Shown piece after piece: positions 12,611-25,758 of a stretch of DNA of 64,000 bases; the first letter of the stretch is position 1; every line of letters starts with the position of its first letter. The stretch comes from Eledone cirrhosa. Taxonomy: Eukaryota. The notes under the pieces were generated by a model. It was not told where the DNA came from and searched no databases. It worked only from the letters and a program-made list of their open reading frames with translations. The position numbers and the translations under genes were made by a program. The stretch lies in assembly GCA_964016885.1 (NCBI GenBank), contig OZ024762.1, positions 25,668,001 to 25,732,000 on the forward strand, read 5' to 3'.

Positions 12611-12676
12611 TATTTTATCTGATGAAAGCGTACCAATGTTGTCTTGGTTACCCTTGACATATATATAATAAAATAA
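12611..12676 (+). ncRNA. Degenerate copy of the 11308 hammerhead (GAAA>GACA)
   Basis: TATTTTAT-CTGATGA-...-GACA-TATATA-TA-ATAAAATA with the same flanks as the 11.3 kb copy; a 3'-half third copy lies at ~17706-17782. Confidence 0.7.
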
Positions 12677-12727
12677 ATATGGTTTTATAAATATAGTTTC
12701 CAATTATTTAATATTATTGTATATATA

Positions 12728-12833
12728 TACAGGGTGTCCCCAAATAATATATACATACTTCAACATCATTCTAATAATATATATTGCCTGTACAGGTAAT
12801 CAAAGTGTGTACACAATTTTGGGAGACATCCTA
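12728..12833. mobile_element. Tc1/mariner-type MITE
   Basis: TA-CAGGGTGTCCCCAAA...TTTGGGAGACATCCTA imperfect TIRs; relative at 35404-35493. Confidence 0.7.
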
Positions 12834-13097
12834 TGTGTGTGTACATAAATACATACATATAAAGATAAAGACAAAGACAGCGAGAGAGAGAAATAGTGAG
12901 ACAGGGAGAGAGAAAGAGAGTGAGTGCGTGAGTGAGTGAGTGAGAGAGTGAGTGAGTGAGTAAGGGGGGATAGGGGAGAGATGGGGGTAACTGGGAGAGG
13001 GGGAGAGGGGTGATGGGGTGATGGGGGTGATGGTGTGAGGGGATGAGGGGAGATGGAGGTGATAAGGGGAGAGGGGGAGAGAGAGAGTGAGAGAGAG

Positions 13098-13217
13098 ATT
13101 GAACAGTCTTGCATTAGCAGGAATTCTTCCACATAACCTGATACTGAAGCCTGGAGCGTTGGTTATCTTACAGCATAATCTGGGATTCTCCAAAACTTTG
13201 CAATGGCACAAGACTCA
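13098..13217 (+). pseudogene. Helitron/PIF1 helicase relic, resuming at ~14198-14237 after a LINE insertion
   Basis: LNSLALAGILPHNLILKPGALVILQHNL, then after a frameshift LCNGTRL; after the LINE NVLEG..NGSHVG. Matches PIF1 L.LK.GA...LRNL...LCNGTRL...NV.EA.I..G...G. Confidence 0.75.
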
Positions 13218-14199
13218 TCATCATCATCAGGTCGAGCTTGCTCGGCTTTCTACGACACGTTTCCTCCATCCATCTCTGTCTCTCATAGCGTTTGCCAGTT
13301 CTTCCGTAGTGCATCCAATATCGTCCTCAAGTTGCTTGACGTATGTCTTCTTGGGACGACCAGCGTTTCTTGCTCCATGAGATGGACTCCATAACAACAC
13401 ATCACCTGCTATTTCTTCCTTGCTGCGCCAACAGTGGCCAGCAAATCTGAGTCTCTGTCCACGTATTGACCTGCTGATAGGTGGTATATTGCCATAGAGA
13501 TCCTTATTTGTTGGGTGTTCCCTCCAAGATACGTTTATAGTAGCACGGAGCATACGTGTATATGCCCCGTCTAGCTTTTTCTCCAGTTTCGACGTTAGCG
13601 TCCAATGCAATGGTGCGCTCACTTGATGGAGATACCAACTTCTTTGGCATCATTGCAGGAGTACTCCAGAGTGATACTCTTGCACCATACATTTTTATCA
13701 TCTGCCTCGACATGTATTGAGAAAAGCCCTGGACGAAAACATAGAGCTTGGTTTCACTCTCACAAAGCGAAAGTGTAGACGCCATGCAGCTCAGAAAATC
13801 ACCGATGCTGACTATCCGGATGATTTAGCGGTCCCCCGCTGACTACCTTAAGGATGCAACATCACTACTTCACAGCATCGAATCAGTTGCAAGGGAAATC
13901 GGACTCTATGTCAACGCAGGCAAAACAGAATATATTTGCCTGAACCAAGACTCCTCAGTTGGTATGCGAGGTCTAAACGGCGATAGAATCAAGCAAGTTG
14001 ACGACTTCAAATACCTGGGTAGCTATATCGCCTCCACAGAACATGTTAACATCAGACTGGGAAAAGCCTGGGGAGGATTGAATGCAATGGAAAAGATATG
14101 GAAATCAAACCTGCCGGCCAAACTGAAAAGGAATTTCTTCAGAGCTGCTGTGGAATCTGTGCTTGTTTATGGCTCTATCACTTGGACGCTAACGTCGAA
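13217..14199 (-). mobile_element. RTE-type LINE fragment with 5' inversion
   Basis: Minus 13227-13604: WTLT...RMLR...LRFAGHCWR...GRPKKT plus (TGA)n tail. Plus 13605-14199: [44 protein letters not shown] (RT). Confidence 0.9.
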
Positions 14200-14253
14200 T
14201 GTTCTAGAAGGACATTAAATGGTTCCCACGTGGGACCCCATTAGCTCATAATA

Positions 14254-16190
14254 CAGAGAGATGGTGAGGGCGAGAGAGATGGAGGTGATGACAGTGGGAG
14301 TTTGGCTCTTCTGCGTTCGGACCTGGTGTACATGAGAGATGGGGAAGTAGAGAGAGATGGAGGTGATGACAGTGGGAGTTCGGCTCTTCTGTGTTCGGAC
14401 CTGGTGTACACGAGAGATGGGGAGGGCGAGAGAGATGGAGGTGATGACGGTGGGATTTCGGCTCTTCTGCGTTCGGACCTGGTGTACATGAGAGATGGGG
14501 ACGGTGAGAGAGATGGAGGTGATGACAGTGGGAGTTTGGCTCTTCTGCGTTCGGACCTGGTGTACATGAGAGATGGGGAAGTAGAGAGAGATGGAGGTGA
14601 TGACAGTGGGAGTTTGGCTCTTCTGCGTTCGGACCTGGTGTACATGAGAGATGGGGACGGTGAGAGAGATGGAGGTGATGACAGTGGGAGTTCGGCTCTT
14701 CTGTGCTCGGACCTGGTGTACATGAGAGATGGGGACGGTGAGAGAGATGGAGGTGATGACAGTGGGAGTTCGGCTCTTCTGTGTTCGGACCTTGTGTACA
14801 TGAGAGATGGGGAGGGTGAGAGAGATGGAGGTGATGACAATGGGAATTCGGCTCTTCAGTGTTCAGACCTGGCGTACATGAGAGAGATGGGGAGGGTGAG
14901 AGAGATGGAGGTGATGACAGTGGGAGTTCGGCTCTTCAGTGTTCGGACCTGGTGTACATGAGAGATGGGGAAGTAGAGAGAGATGGAGGTGATGACAGTG
15001 GGAGTTCGGCTCTTCAGTGTTCAGACCTGGTGTACATGAGAGATGGGGAGGGTGAGAGAGATGGAGGTGATGACAGTGGGAGTTCGGCTCTTCCATGTTC
15101 GGACCTGGTGTACATGAGAGATGGGGAGGGTGAGAGAGATGGAGGTGATGACAGTGGGAGTTCGGCTCTTCAGTGTTCAGACCTGGTGTACATGAGAGAT
15201 GGGGAGAGTTAGAGAGATGGAGGTGATGACAGTGGGAGTTCGGCTCTTCGGTGTTCGGACCTGGTGTACATGAGAGATGGGGAGGGTGAGAGAGATGGAG
15301 GTGATGACAGTGGGATTTCGGCTCTTCAGTGTTCGGACCTGGTGTACATGAGAGATGGGGAGAGTGAGAGAGATGGAGGTGATGACAGTGGGAGTTCGGC
15401 TCTTCAGTGTTCGGACCTGGTGTACATGAGAGATGGGGAGGGCGAGAGAGATGGAGGTGATGACAGTGGGATTTCGGCTCTTCAGTGTTCGGACCTGGTG
15501 TACATGAGAGATGGGGAGAGTGAGAGAGATGGAGGTGATGACAGTGGGAGTTCGGCTCTTCGGTGTTCGGACCTGGTGTACATGAGAGATGGGGAGGGCG
15601 AGAGAGATGGAGGTGATGACAGTGGGATTTCGGCTCTTCAGTGTTCGGACCTGGTGTACATGAGAGATGGGGAGAGTGAGAGAGATGGAGGTGATGACAG
15701 TGGGAGTTCGGCTCTTCAGTGTTCAGACCTGGTGTACATGAGAGATGGGGAAGTAGAGAGAGATGGATGTGATGACAGTGGGAGTTCGGCTCTTCGGTGT
15801 TCGGACCTGGTGTACATGAGAGATGGGGAGGGTGAGAGAGATGGAGGTGATGACAGTGGGAGTTCGGCTCTTCAGTGTTCAGACCTGGTGTACATGAGAG
15901 ATGGGGAGAGTGAGAGAGATGGAGGTGATGACAGTGGGAGTTCGGCTCTTCTGTGTTCAGACCTGGTGTACATGAGAGATGGGGAGGGCGAGAGAGATGG
16001 AGGTGATGACAGTGGGAGTTCGGGTCTTCAGTGTTCAGACCTGGTGTACATGAGAGATGGGGAGGGCGAGAGAGATGGAGGTGATGACAGTGGGAGTTCG
16101 GCTCTTCAGTGTTCAGACCTGGTGTACATGAGAGATGGCGAGAGAGATGGTGATGATGACAGTTGAAGTTCAGCTCCTCAGTGTTCAGAC
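14254..16190. repeat. 78-bp minisatellite, about 25 copies
   Basis: Unit gagagatggggagggtgagagagatggaggtgatgacagtgggagttcggctcttcagtgttcggacctggtgtacat; 26-aa periodicity in the ORF track. Confidence 0.95.
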
Positions 16191-16302
16191 ACATTTAGTG
16201 TTACTTTCTGTACGAAATGTAATACACACTTTGATGAAATGTTTTTAAATTTAAGACATTTCGTTATTTCAGCAGGCTATAATATAAAAGTTCTAAAACA
16301 GT

Positions 16303-16377
<75 letters not shown>

Positions 16378-16532
16378 AGGGTCATGATTGTTTACTAAAC
16401 TTGCCTCTATTTCCAGTGATTATAACAATTCTGTTATAATTCCTACTTTAGTTAAAATACAGCAATCATATTTCATTGATCTAATATTTTGTTATATGTG
16501 CCAAATTATATTGTAACTTTCATACATTATTA

Positions 16533-16735
16533 TTCGGTAGAGGGTCGGACAGCATACTTTGTGATTTATACAGTTATGTTCCTTAGGTTCTGGGTTCAAA
16601 TCCCTTGGAAGTTAACTGTACCTTTCATTCTTAAATGGTCGATAAAATAAAGTACCAGTGACACACCGGGGTCGACTTAATTAACGTTCCCGTCCCCAAA
16701 AAGTATAGCCTTGTGCTTAAATAAATAGATATTAT
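16533..16735 (+). mobile_element. tRNA-derived SINE (diverged)
   Basis: ggttcaaatcc B-box and gtcgataaaataaagtaccag core. Confidence 0.8.
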
Positions 16736-17889
16736 AAACACTGTAGGGCGTGGCGTGTTTGATCTCATGTTAAATTTAGCTGCTATTTCTCGCAAATCAA
16801 ATGGCCGTACAGAGGCCGGCTCCATAAATGTGGTCCGTTGCGTTATTTCACCTTGGTTCATCTTTAACAGATACATAATGACGTGCTGGGCAGCTAAACT
16901 GACAGTTAATTGAAGAGCATTTAAGTGATTTTCCTGTTCCCGCCCATACCAAATCTTCGTTAAGTCCCTTTCCATTATCTCAACTTTCAAATGATTAATT
17001 CAGAGCGCGATTTCGATTTTGGAATGTCAGTCAGTCAGACATTTTGTAACGTAAAAACCAACCAACAAAGAAAGAAACAAATAAATAAAATAAATTAAAA
17101 CATTACAAATAAAAATAAATATAAATAAATAAATTATAAAAAATAAATAATATAAATAAATAAAATATAAATAAATAAATAATATAAATAAATGAATCAT
17201 AAAAAAATAAATAATATAAATAAATGAATGATAAAAAAATAAAAGATAAATAAATAAATACAAATTTTAAAAAAATATCTAAACAAAATAGCAACTATAT
17301 TAAAATATTCTGTGACAGAAAATGTTAAGCAAGAGACGATTATAAAAACAGATTTTAAGAAATAAAATACAAAACAAAAAATAATGAGGAAAAAAAAATA
17401 GATTCAGAACATTTCAAAATCATTTTCTTGATAATGCTAAGAATAATCACATCAACAACTATGGATTACAAATGAGACACTGTCTTAATGAATTCACATG
17501 GTCAAATTAAAAAGTTGGCAAATTTAAAATCATTGAGGAACTTTTAAAATGGATGACATCTCCCGATATGAAGGTGGTTTAATTACACATTGAAATCAAA
17601 ATTACATCTGATTATTTCAATCGATCAATGCAAAGCAGTAAATATAAAATTAGCAGAAATTATGAATCATGATAGAGAAACCTGTATATATATATATATA
17701 TATATAATTTGGTATCCCTGAAATATGTATAATGAAATAAATATGGTTTTATAAATATAGTTTCCATTTATTTAATATCGTATATCTACTCCAAAAACTT
17801 GTCGAGTGCTTTATATCAGTTATAAAATATTTACTTGTTGTATCCCAACAATTTTAAATAGAACTTTTGCATATATATATATATATATA

Positions 17890-18484
17890 TATATAAGTAT
17901 GTATACGTACATACATATATGTATACAGACGTACAGTAGTATGTATATATATATACATAAATGCAGACATATATATATGTACGTATGGATTCATCGAACA
18001 TTTATTATAATGCTCGGTGTGTTTGTAAACAAACATCCCGAATTACGCCGTACAGTGTCTAGCAACCATCGTTGCTCATTTGTTCAACACTAACAAAGGA
18101 ACGCTGTACTAGTTTCAAGCTTATTAGCTATCGTCAGCAACGTATACCATCCTGCCAGATGACTGAACGTCTGAAATTATATACTTTCCTTATGCATATT
18201 AACGGTTGAGCAGCCCAATTTGCATATCGAGTGAGTTAATCGGCCGGACGCACCGAAAACGATAAACGTAAAAAAATGAAACGAAATTTCATTTCTCACT
18301 CTTAGTACGGCTGTTACTTAAATATAAGTATGTATACGTACATACATATATGTATACAGACGTACAGTAGTATGTATATATATATACATACATGCACACA
18401 CATATATATGTACGTATGGATTCACGGAACATTTATTATAATGCTCGGTGTGTTTGTAAACAAACACCCCGAATTAAGCCGTAC
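17890..18484 (-). mobile_element. Non-coding ~430 bp hammerhead-bearing unit, ~1.4 tandem monomers (retrozyme-like), copy A
   Basis: 17891-18052 repeats at 18322-18484; one hammerhead; 3' end merges into (AT)n; homologous to 26524-27120. Confidence 0.85.
18101..18143 (-). ncRNA. Minimal type-I hammerhead ribozyme
   Basis: ACGTTG-CTGACGA-TAGCTAATAAGCTT-GAAA-CTAG-TA-CAGCGT; GUA cleavage triplet, palindromic stem III. Confidence 0.9.
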
Positions 18485-18859
18485 AAATTTGGGATGTTTG
18501 TTTAATTTAATTTCTTGTTACAGATCTAAATTCCTTGTATTTTAAATAAGATTGGTATTTCTCACTCACACATTTACTCTAAAATGTTATTCTCCTTCGA
18601 TTTAAACTTTTCGTGTACCTTTCACTGGCTTGACCTCTTTTCATCCCCAAAGTAATCTTTTCATTCAAAGTATTCTTTCCATTCAAAACTTAAGTCTGCA
18701 TTCCTCTACCTGTAAATTATATTTCTACTACTACTATTCTATCAACTTGATCACTTACTACTTTTCTATTGGTCAATTCAAAATTTGTTCCCAAACAGAC
18801 CTATTATATTAAATCTTTGTTGGTTTTTTTCATTAAACAAATATCATTGTTTCTGAAGA

Positions 18860-19040
18860 CTGCGATGAATTGGCAGTATCGATAGAGGGTCGGACGCATG
18901 GAGTTACGGCCCTTGCCATTCTGAGTTCAAATCCCGCCGAGGTTAACTTTGCCTTTCATCCTTATGGGGTCGATAAAATAAAGTACCAGTAATACACTGG
19001 GTTTTTGCTGGCCTTGTGCCAATAGTAGAAACAATTATTT
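18860..19040 (+). mobile_element. tRNA-derived SINE
   Basis: A-box-like tggcagtatcg, B-box gagttcaaatcc, core and tail. Confidence 0.9.
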
Positions 19041-19429
19041 CTGAAGACAACATATATATGTGTAGGTATGTATATTTCCTCTGATAGTTTGTAAAATGTT
19101 TACATAGATCTATATGATATACATATCAACATACACATATATATATCCTAGAAACGATCGTAAAATGATGAATTTTTTAATATAAGGAACGGTTTCTTTT
19201 TTTTATTCATTTTTTTAATTAATTTATCTTGACTCTGTTTTCCTGTGATATTCATCGAAAAAACTTTGACAATATATGCACAATCGTCTGGTTGTGGAAC
19301 CAACCAGCCAACGGGAAATTCATAAATTCTTAAATTTATAAATTTAATTTATAATAAATTGAAGTGAAAGCATGTGGTACGTGTGTTTCTTATTGGCAAC
19401 ATGTCCCTCCCAAAGCATAACAATATATA

Positions 19430-19516
<87 letters not shown>

Positions 19517-20159
19517 ATATCCGGTTGGTGCGAGCAACGGCTAAAAAAAGTCGTTGGGACACGTAAATAAAGGCGACACGAGAGTGTAAACAAACAAAGA
19601 TGGTGAAGCAACGAAAAGTGAGGAAGAACGAGTCAAGTCCCAAATTTCCATGAATATAAGTTCGGTGAAATCGTGAACCAGAGAGAATAAAGACCATCAA
19701 ACCTGGTTGGAATGTGAGCAAGGAAGGAATTCCGTACAGGTCTAACGGGAGGAAGAAGGAATCTAGTCTGTGAATTCGCTGAACGTAAGTTTTGTGAAAT
19801 CGTAGACGAGAGAGAGAAAAAAAGCGAACCAGCCTGACCAAGAGTGCGAAAGAAAAGAATTACGCACAGGTCAAACGGGAAGGAGGAGGAGGAGGGGAGG
19901 TAGTAACAGAGAGTGAGTGAGTGAAGGGTGAGGAAGAGGCTAACAGAGAGAGTGACTGTTAGAGAGGGTAAAGATACAGAGAAAGAGGAAGCAGTAAGAA
20001 CGAAATAGACGGGTCATAGCGGGGGAAAAATATGTGTAAATATGAGAATAAACGTGCTGCGTGGTTGCAAATGGGTTACATATGAATAAAGTTAGTCCTT
20101 CATCAGTGATTTTCCAACCATCATTGGTATTTCATCACTTTAAAGAGTTAACTAAGTAG

Positions 20160-20201
<42 letters not shown>

Positions 20202-20222
20202 CACACTCATACATATATATAC

Positions 20223-20833
20223 ATGGTGGCTGCCAACTCGTTTTCGAGTACGGCCACTACTTTATATCCATGTAGGAGAACCCCTACCGATGCACTGAAC
20301 GAGTGTGACTTTTTAGTCCAGCCAGCGACTTGAAAATTCTGGTACAAACACTACACTTGTGACAATTATTGACACATAGTGCTGGACCCATGGTACCATG
20401 TGACGACAAGTGCAAAGAGATCTCCAGATATGAAGCAATGCCTGTGCCGTGAAGCTTTTATAGTGAGCAAAGGCACTGCACAAAGCCAGTCCCACTCTCT
20501 TAACCAAGATGATATTTACCAAAAAGAAGAACAAATCAACATCATTGGATACCATCAGGGTTGCAGGTGTTATATCAGAGTATTCCTTCTCCTAGAATTC
20601 TGCCTTGACAAAGGCTAAGGGGTCATCTCTCCCGGTGATTTTGGATGGCCATTGACTCTTAAGAGCTCCTTTGCCCTTTGACAGGTTTTGTTTTTAGTCC
20701 TGCAGGATGTCCAAAGTCACGCTCCTCACCAAGAAACCTTGGTGGGGTTGCCAGTTTAGTCGCCAACGACCCGACCATGAGACAGGTTGTACTGGAATAC
20801 ATGTTACCAGTAGCACCAACTAGTGACCTGACA
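20223..20833 (-). mobile_element. Non-coding interspersed repeat, probably a non-autonomous retroelement associated with (ATGT)n
   Basis: 20223-20575 is closely repeated at 61703-62058; related termini at ~60988 and ~61350; orientation is inferred from the tail. Confidence 0.65.
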
Positions 20834-21133
20834 CTACATACATATATACACACACATATATACTGACATACATACATATATACACACACATACATACATA
20901 CATACATACACATATATACACACACACACATACATACATACATACATACATACATACACATTTACACCTTGTGGATTGTCTCTTGACTACTGGCGACTAA
21001 TTACACACACACACACATACACATACATATACACACACACATACATGCACACACATATCTACAGATGAATCAGTTCGTTATAACAGTCAACATAAATATT
21101 CCATCGGAGTCAAATAATAGAGCCCATAATATA

Positions 21134-21218
<85 letters not shown>

Positions 21219-21642
21219 CTTATAAGATATGTATCTAGACTATATTGCACAAATGTAAACTTTACAAGAAACATTTATATAAATTTCTTTCTTGTCTGAA
21301 CAATTCTCAGTTCCTAAAGAGATATCTTAATAACTAAAGTATTTAATGTATACACTATTTCGTAAAAATCAGTGGTGAGAAACTCTCTGCAGAGTTGGAC
21401 AGCAGAAGGATTTTAAAGAAGAATCACTCCCTCCTCATGAAAGTGTTTCGGTCCTTAGATGGTAGACCTGTGGGTAACTGTGGATAACTGTAGGTACAGG
21501 TGGTGCAACATTAACTCCGTTCCAGTTTACTTGTGTTTGTTATGCGTATGGAGGCTGCAAACCCTGCTAAGAGTAATGTGATCGCTTGTAACAGATCCTG
21601 AACAAGCAATGCCTGTGCTTTGAAGGTTTTTAAGTGGGGAAG

Positions 21643-21688
<46 letters not shown>

Positions 21689-21690
<2 letters not shown>

Positions 21691-21856
21691 ACAAAGAGGG
21701 TGTGGTAAGAAACCAGGTGGACCATAACGTACCAGAGTACTCTATACTTAGGGTAGTAGAGTTGGTAACAGGAAAAGCGTCAGTACCCAGACGGTTGAGC
21801 TCCGGATCTAGCTGTCGAAACGGGCGGACCTCAGTCGTCGGGGTCATGACTCTTTT

Positions 21857-21861
<5 letters not shown>
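21689..21861 (-). mobile_element. Fold-back element copy with partly deleted palindrome
   Basis: Same tail and arm sequence as 11439; (AT)n on both sides. Confidence 0.8.
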
Positions 21862-21921
<60 letters not shown>

Positions 21922-22165
21922 TTAAGTCGTTTGTAAGCCGCGACAATGCAAATGGGTAAATCTCCGGGTAACAAGATCCGGTGGTGGAGAGAGAGAGATG
22001 TAAGTGGGTGTACGACGTTGAGATGCGTGGCGTGTATAAGACGTGTAGAGGAATGAAAGAAAGAGTATAAGGGATAAAATTAAAATAACAACACGAGAGA
22101 GAGTTACCTTGGGAGAGATTTAATTGTCCCTATATATTTCGGAATGCTTCAAGCAAACTTCAATA

Positions 22166-22203
<38 letters not shown>

Positions 22204-22206
<3 letters not shown>

Positions 22207-22310
22207 CAAAGAGGGTGTGGTAAGATACAAGGTAGACCATAACGCACCAGAGTACTCGATACTTACGGTAGTAGAGTGGGTAATAGGAAATGAGTCAGGA
22301 CCCCGACAGC
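22204..22310 (-). mobile_element. Fold-back element copy, tail only
   Basis: acaaagagggtgtggtaag...accataacgcaccagagtactc...gtagagtgggtaatagg. Confidence 0.8.
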
Positions 22311-22428
22311 AAAGTTGTTTAAGGAAGACCTGCAGTCGCCCATGCATACCAGCCTAGTCTCTCCACGCCACCGATGATGTCCAAGGGAAAGGATATGGCC
22401 GATTCAGCTTGGTACCAGAGACGTGACA

Positions 22429-22475
<47 letters not shown>

Positions 22476-22544
22476 TTACTATATATACACTACATACAAC
22501 ATATATACTTATATATTTAGACTATATACGCACTAAACTACATA

Positions 22545-22748
22545 TGATGTCGTCCAAGGGACATAGAAAGGCCGATACAGCTTGGCAACAGTGACATCGC
22601 AACTCATTTCTACGGCTCAGTAAACTGAAGCCACGTGAAATAAAATGGCTTGCTCAAGGACACAATACATCACCCGGACCGAGAAACGAATTCACAACCT
22701 TCCGATTTCTAGCCCAATGCTCTAACCATTAAGCCATGCGCCTTCACA
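22545..22748 (-). mobile_element. Second tRNA-derived SINE family; a 3' fragment also lies at ~22310-22425
   Basis: Minus strand tggcttaatggttagagcattgggc (A-box), then tgtgtccttgagcaag core-like segment. Confidence 0.7.
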
Positions 22749-22853
22749 TGGGCACAAACTACACATACAAGAAAATAACGATATATACTGTCGTATACAT
22801 TTGGTAGAAATATCCAAGGGTAGGAGCGCTCAGTCCATCAGACGAGCTAAGTA

Positions 22854-23007
22854 TACAGTATTTTCCGGCGTCGAAGATGCTACCTTTTTCCTAAAATAAG
22901 TCTCAAAAATCTACCATGTTTCCTCGAGGCCGAAGTTTGTTTATTATTTTTTTCAAATTTTTGGTTGTCAAAATTAGGGTGCGTCCTCGGCGCCTAGAAA
23001 TATGGTA
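22854..23007. mobile_element. pogo/Tigger-like MITE
   Basis: TA-CAGTATTTTCCGGCG...CGCCTAGAAATATGG-TA imperfect TIRs with TA at both ends. Confidence 0.6.
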
Positions 23008-23305
23008 ATTAGTTACAACAGAACAACAACAACAACAGCACAAGAGAACAAAACGAGGTTTCAAATTGAGGTTTGTATTGATTTGGCTCAGGTAAATACT
23101 TTACATAGATGGGTGGCTCAGGATCAATATTATTGATATAGACACAACTGGAGCCCTAACCTTCTCATCAGACTTCTTCAACTCAGATTAATTAATAAAC
23201 ACCCTGATGTGAAATCTCGTTTTCTTCTTAATATATCCATTCTATTACAGCATAGAGAGCTGATACTGGTACAATCCTCAGTAATCCACAAATCTACCGA
23301 ATCAC

Positions 23306-23372
<67 letters not shown>

Positions 23373-23388
23373 TAAAATAACAGATTAA

Positions 23389-23439
23389 AGTTTAAGCAAA
23401 GAATCGCTGCTTTCACCCTTAACGGGATCTTCTGAAACT
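23389..23439 (-). ncRNA. Type-I hammerhead-fold motif with variant core CAGAAGA
   Basis: AGTTT-CAGAAGA-TCCCGTTAAGGGT-GAAA-GCAGCGATTCTTTGC-TT-AAACT; all three stems pair. Confidence 0.75.
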
Positions 23440-23442
23440 AAC

Positions 23443-23513
<71 letters not shown>

Positions 23514-23631
23514 TGTATATATACACAAAAATGTATTTATGTATGTAAATATATGTATGGCTGTATATGTATGTATACAATTAATATAATACAATTTCTA
23601 ACACTACTGCAGATTCTTGAAAATGTTACAG

Positions 23632-23682
<51 letters not shown>

Positions 23683-23804
23683 TATGTGTCTATGCGTAAT
23701 ATAAATACATATGTTTCCGTGTATTAACGTACATGCATACACATAACCTCACACACAGACACATAGACACACAGAGAGACAAGCACGCTAGCACACGAGC
23801 GTGG

Positions 23805-23862
<58 letters not shown>

Positions 23863-24098
23863 TATACAGCCATCTACTTAAAGGTGGCTTACTCGCAATT
23901 CAAAATCTTGGCAGATTTTCTATGGCTTCAAAAACGGTATAATACAGACTGATCATTGAAGAAGAAAAGCTGACGAGCTGTCACGATATTGTTCCTACGG
24001 CTGAAACACAAGCAGGTGCAGTGACATCTTCTATATAAACATCAACATTAGAACATTCTACAGATTTTACACAACACAGGCAACAAGACTTAGATCTA

Positions 24099-24133
24099 GT
24101 GTGTCTGTGGATGGGGGTAGCGTTGGTGGTGTG

Positions 24134-24230
<97 letters not shown>

Positions 24231-24299
24231 ATGGGGGTAGCGTTGGTGGTGTATATATATGTGTGTGTGTGTGTGTGGATAGGGGTAGCGTTGGTGGTG

Positions 24300-24340
<41 letters not shown>

Positions 24341-24367
24341 CTGTGGATGGGGGTAGCGTTGGTGGTG

Positions 24368-24406
<39 letters not shown>

Positions 24407-24427
24407 ATGGGGGTAGCGTTGGTGGTG

Positions 24428-24484
<57 letters not shown>

Positions 24485-24561
24485 ATGGGGGTAGCGTTGG
24501 TGGTGTATAAATATATATGTGTGTGTGTGTGTGTGTGTGGGTGGTGGTAGCGTTGGTGGTG

Positions 24562-24610
<49 letters not shown>

Positions 24611-24880
24611 ATGGTGGTAGCGTTGGTTGTGTATATATGTGTGTATGTGTGTGTGTGTGTGTGTCTGTGGATGGTGGTAGCGTTGGTGGTGTATATATGT
24701 GTGTCTGTGTATGTGTGTGTGTATGTGTCTATGGATGGTGGTAGCGTTGGTGGTGTATATATATATATATATGTGTGTGTGTGTGGATGGTCGTAGCGTT
24801 GGAGGTTTATATATATATGTGTGTGTGTGTGTGTCTGTGGATGGTGGTGGCGTTGGTGGTGTATATATATATATATATAT
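24099..24880. repeat. Compound satellite: GGATGGGGGTAGCGTTGGTGGTG-(TA)n-(TG)n, about 11 units
   Basis: Direct reading. Confidence 0.9.
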
Positions 24881-24882
24881 AT

Positions 24883-25061
24883 ATAGGAAAAAGTATGACC
24901 ACGACGGCTATTTCTGGACTAGTTAGTCCAGAAATAGCCGTCGAAACGGCTTGAGCTCTGCCGTCGGGGTCATACTTTTTCCTATTACCCACTCTACTAC
25001 CCTAAGTATTGAGTACTCTGGTGCGTTATGGTCCATCTGGTTCCTTACCACATTTCCTTTG

Positions 25062-25064
<3 letters not shown>
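24883..25064 (+). mobile_element. Fold-back element copy
   Basis: ataggaaaaagtatgacc...gacggctatttctggacta gt tagtccagaaatagccgtc...ggtcatactttttcctat plus tail. Confidence 0.85.
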
Positions 25065-25107
<43 letters not shown>

Positions 25108-25641
25108 CTGTGTATGGTGGTGTTGTTGTTGGGCTATATATATATATGTCTGTGTACGTCTGTGTGTGGCGGTGGTGGTGGTAGTGGTGTGATGTATATG
25201 TGTGGTGGTGTTGGTGAGGTGTGTGTATGTGTATGTCTGTGTGTGGTGTTGGTGTGCTGTATGTGTGTGGTTGTCTGTGTGTGGTAGTGGTGGTGGTAGT
25301 GGTGTGCTGTATATGTGTGTATATGTGTGTCTGTGTGTCTGTGTGTATGCCTGTGCGTATGTCTGTGAGTGTATGTGTATGTGTGTACGTCTGTGTGTAT
25401 ATCTGTCTGTGTGTGTGTCTGTGTGTGGTGGTGATGTTGGTGGGCTGTTTAAGTGTGTGGGGGGTGTGTCATGGTGGTTGAGTGTAAGTTCATGTTAGTG
25501 TCTGTGTGTGCATGAGAGATAGGGGGAGGGAAGAGAGGCGGAGAGGGGGAGAGAGAGGGGGAGGGAGAGCGAGGAGAGAGAGGGGCTGAATGCTGAGAGA
25601 GACTGAGAAAATATGTAATGTCTATGTGAATGGATGTCGAT

Positions 25642-25758
<117 letters not shown>

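Noticed and set aside
18150-18190. Possible opposite-polarity hammerhead (CAGATGA...GAAA) in the retrozyme-like unit
   Set aside because: Stem II and stem I do not pair; only the GAAAGTATATACTTTC palindrome is real
23965-24025. CTGACGA-GCTGT...ACGGCT-GAAA motif, or a possible host exon
   Set aside because: No stem I and no UH site; no recognisable protein or convincing splice pair
24099-24880. CRISPR-like pattern of a constant 23-mer with variable spacers
   Set aside because: The spacers are only (TA)n(TG)n, the context is eukaryotic, and there are no cas genes
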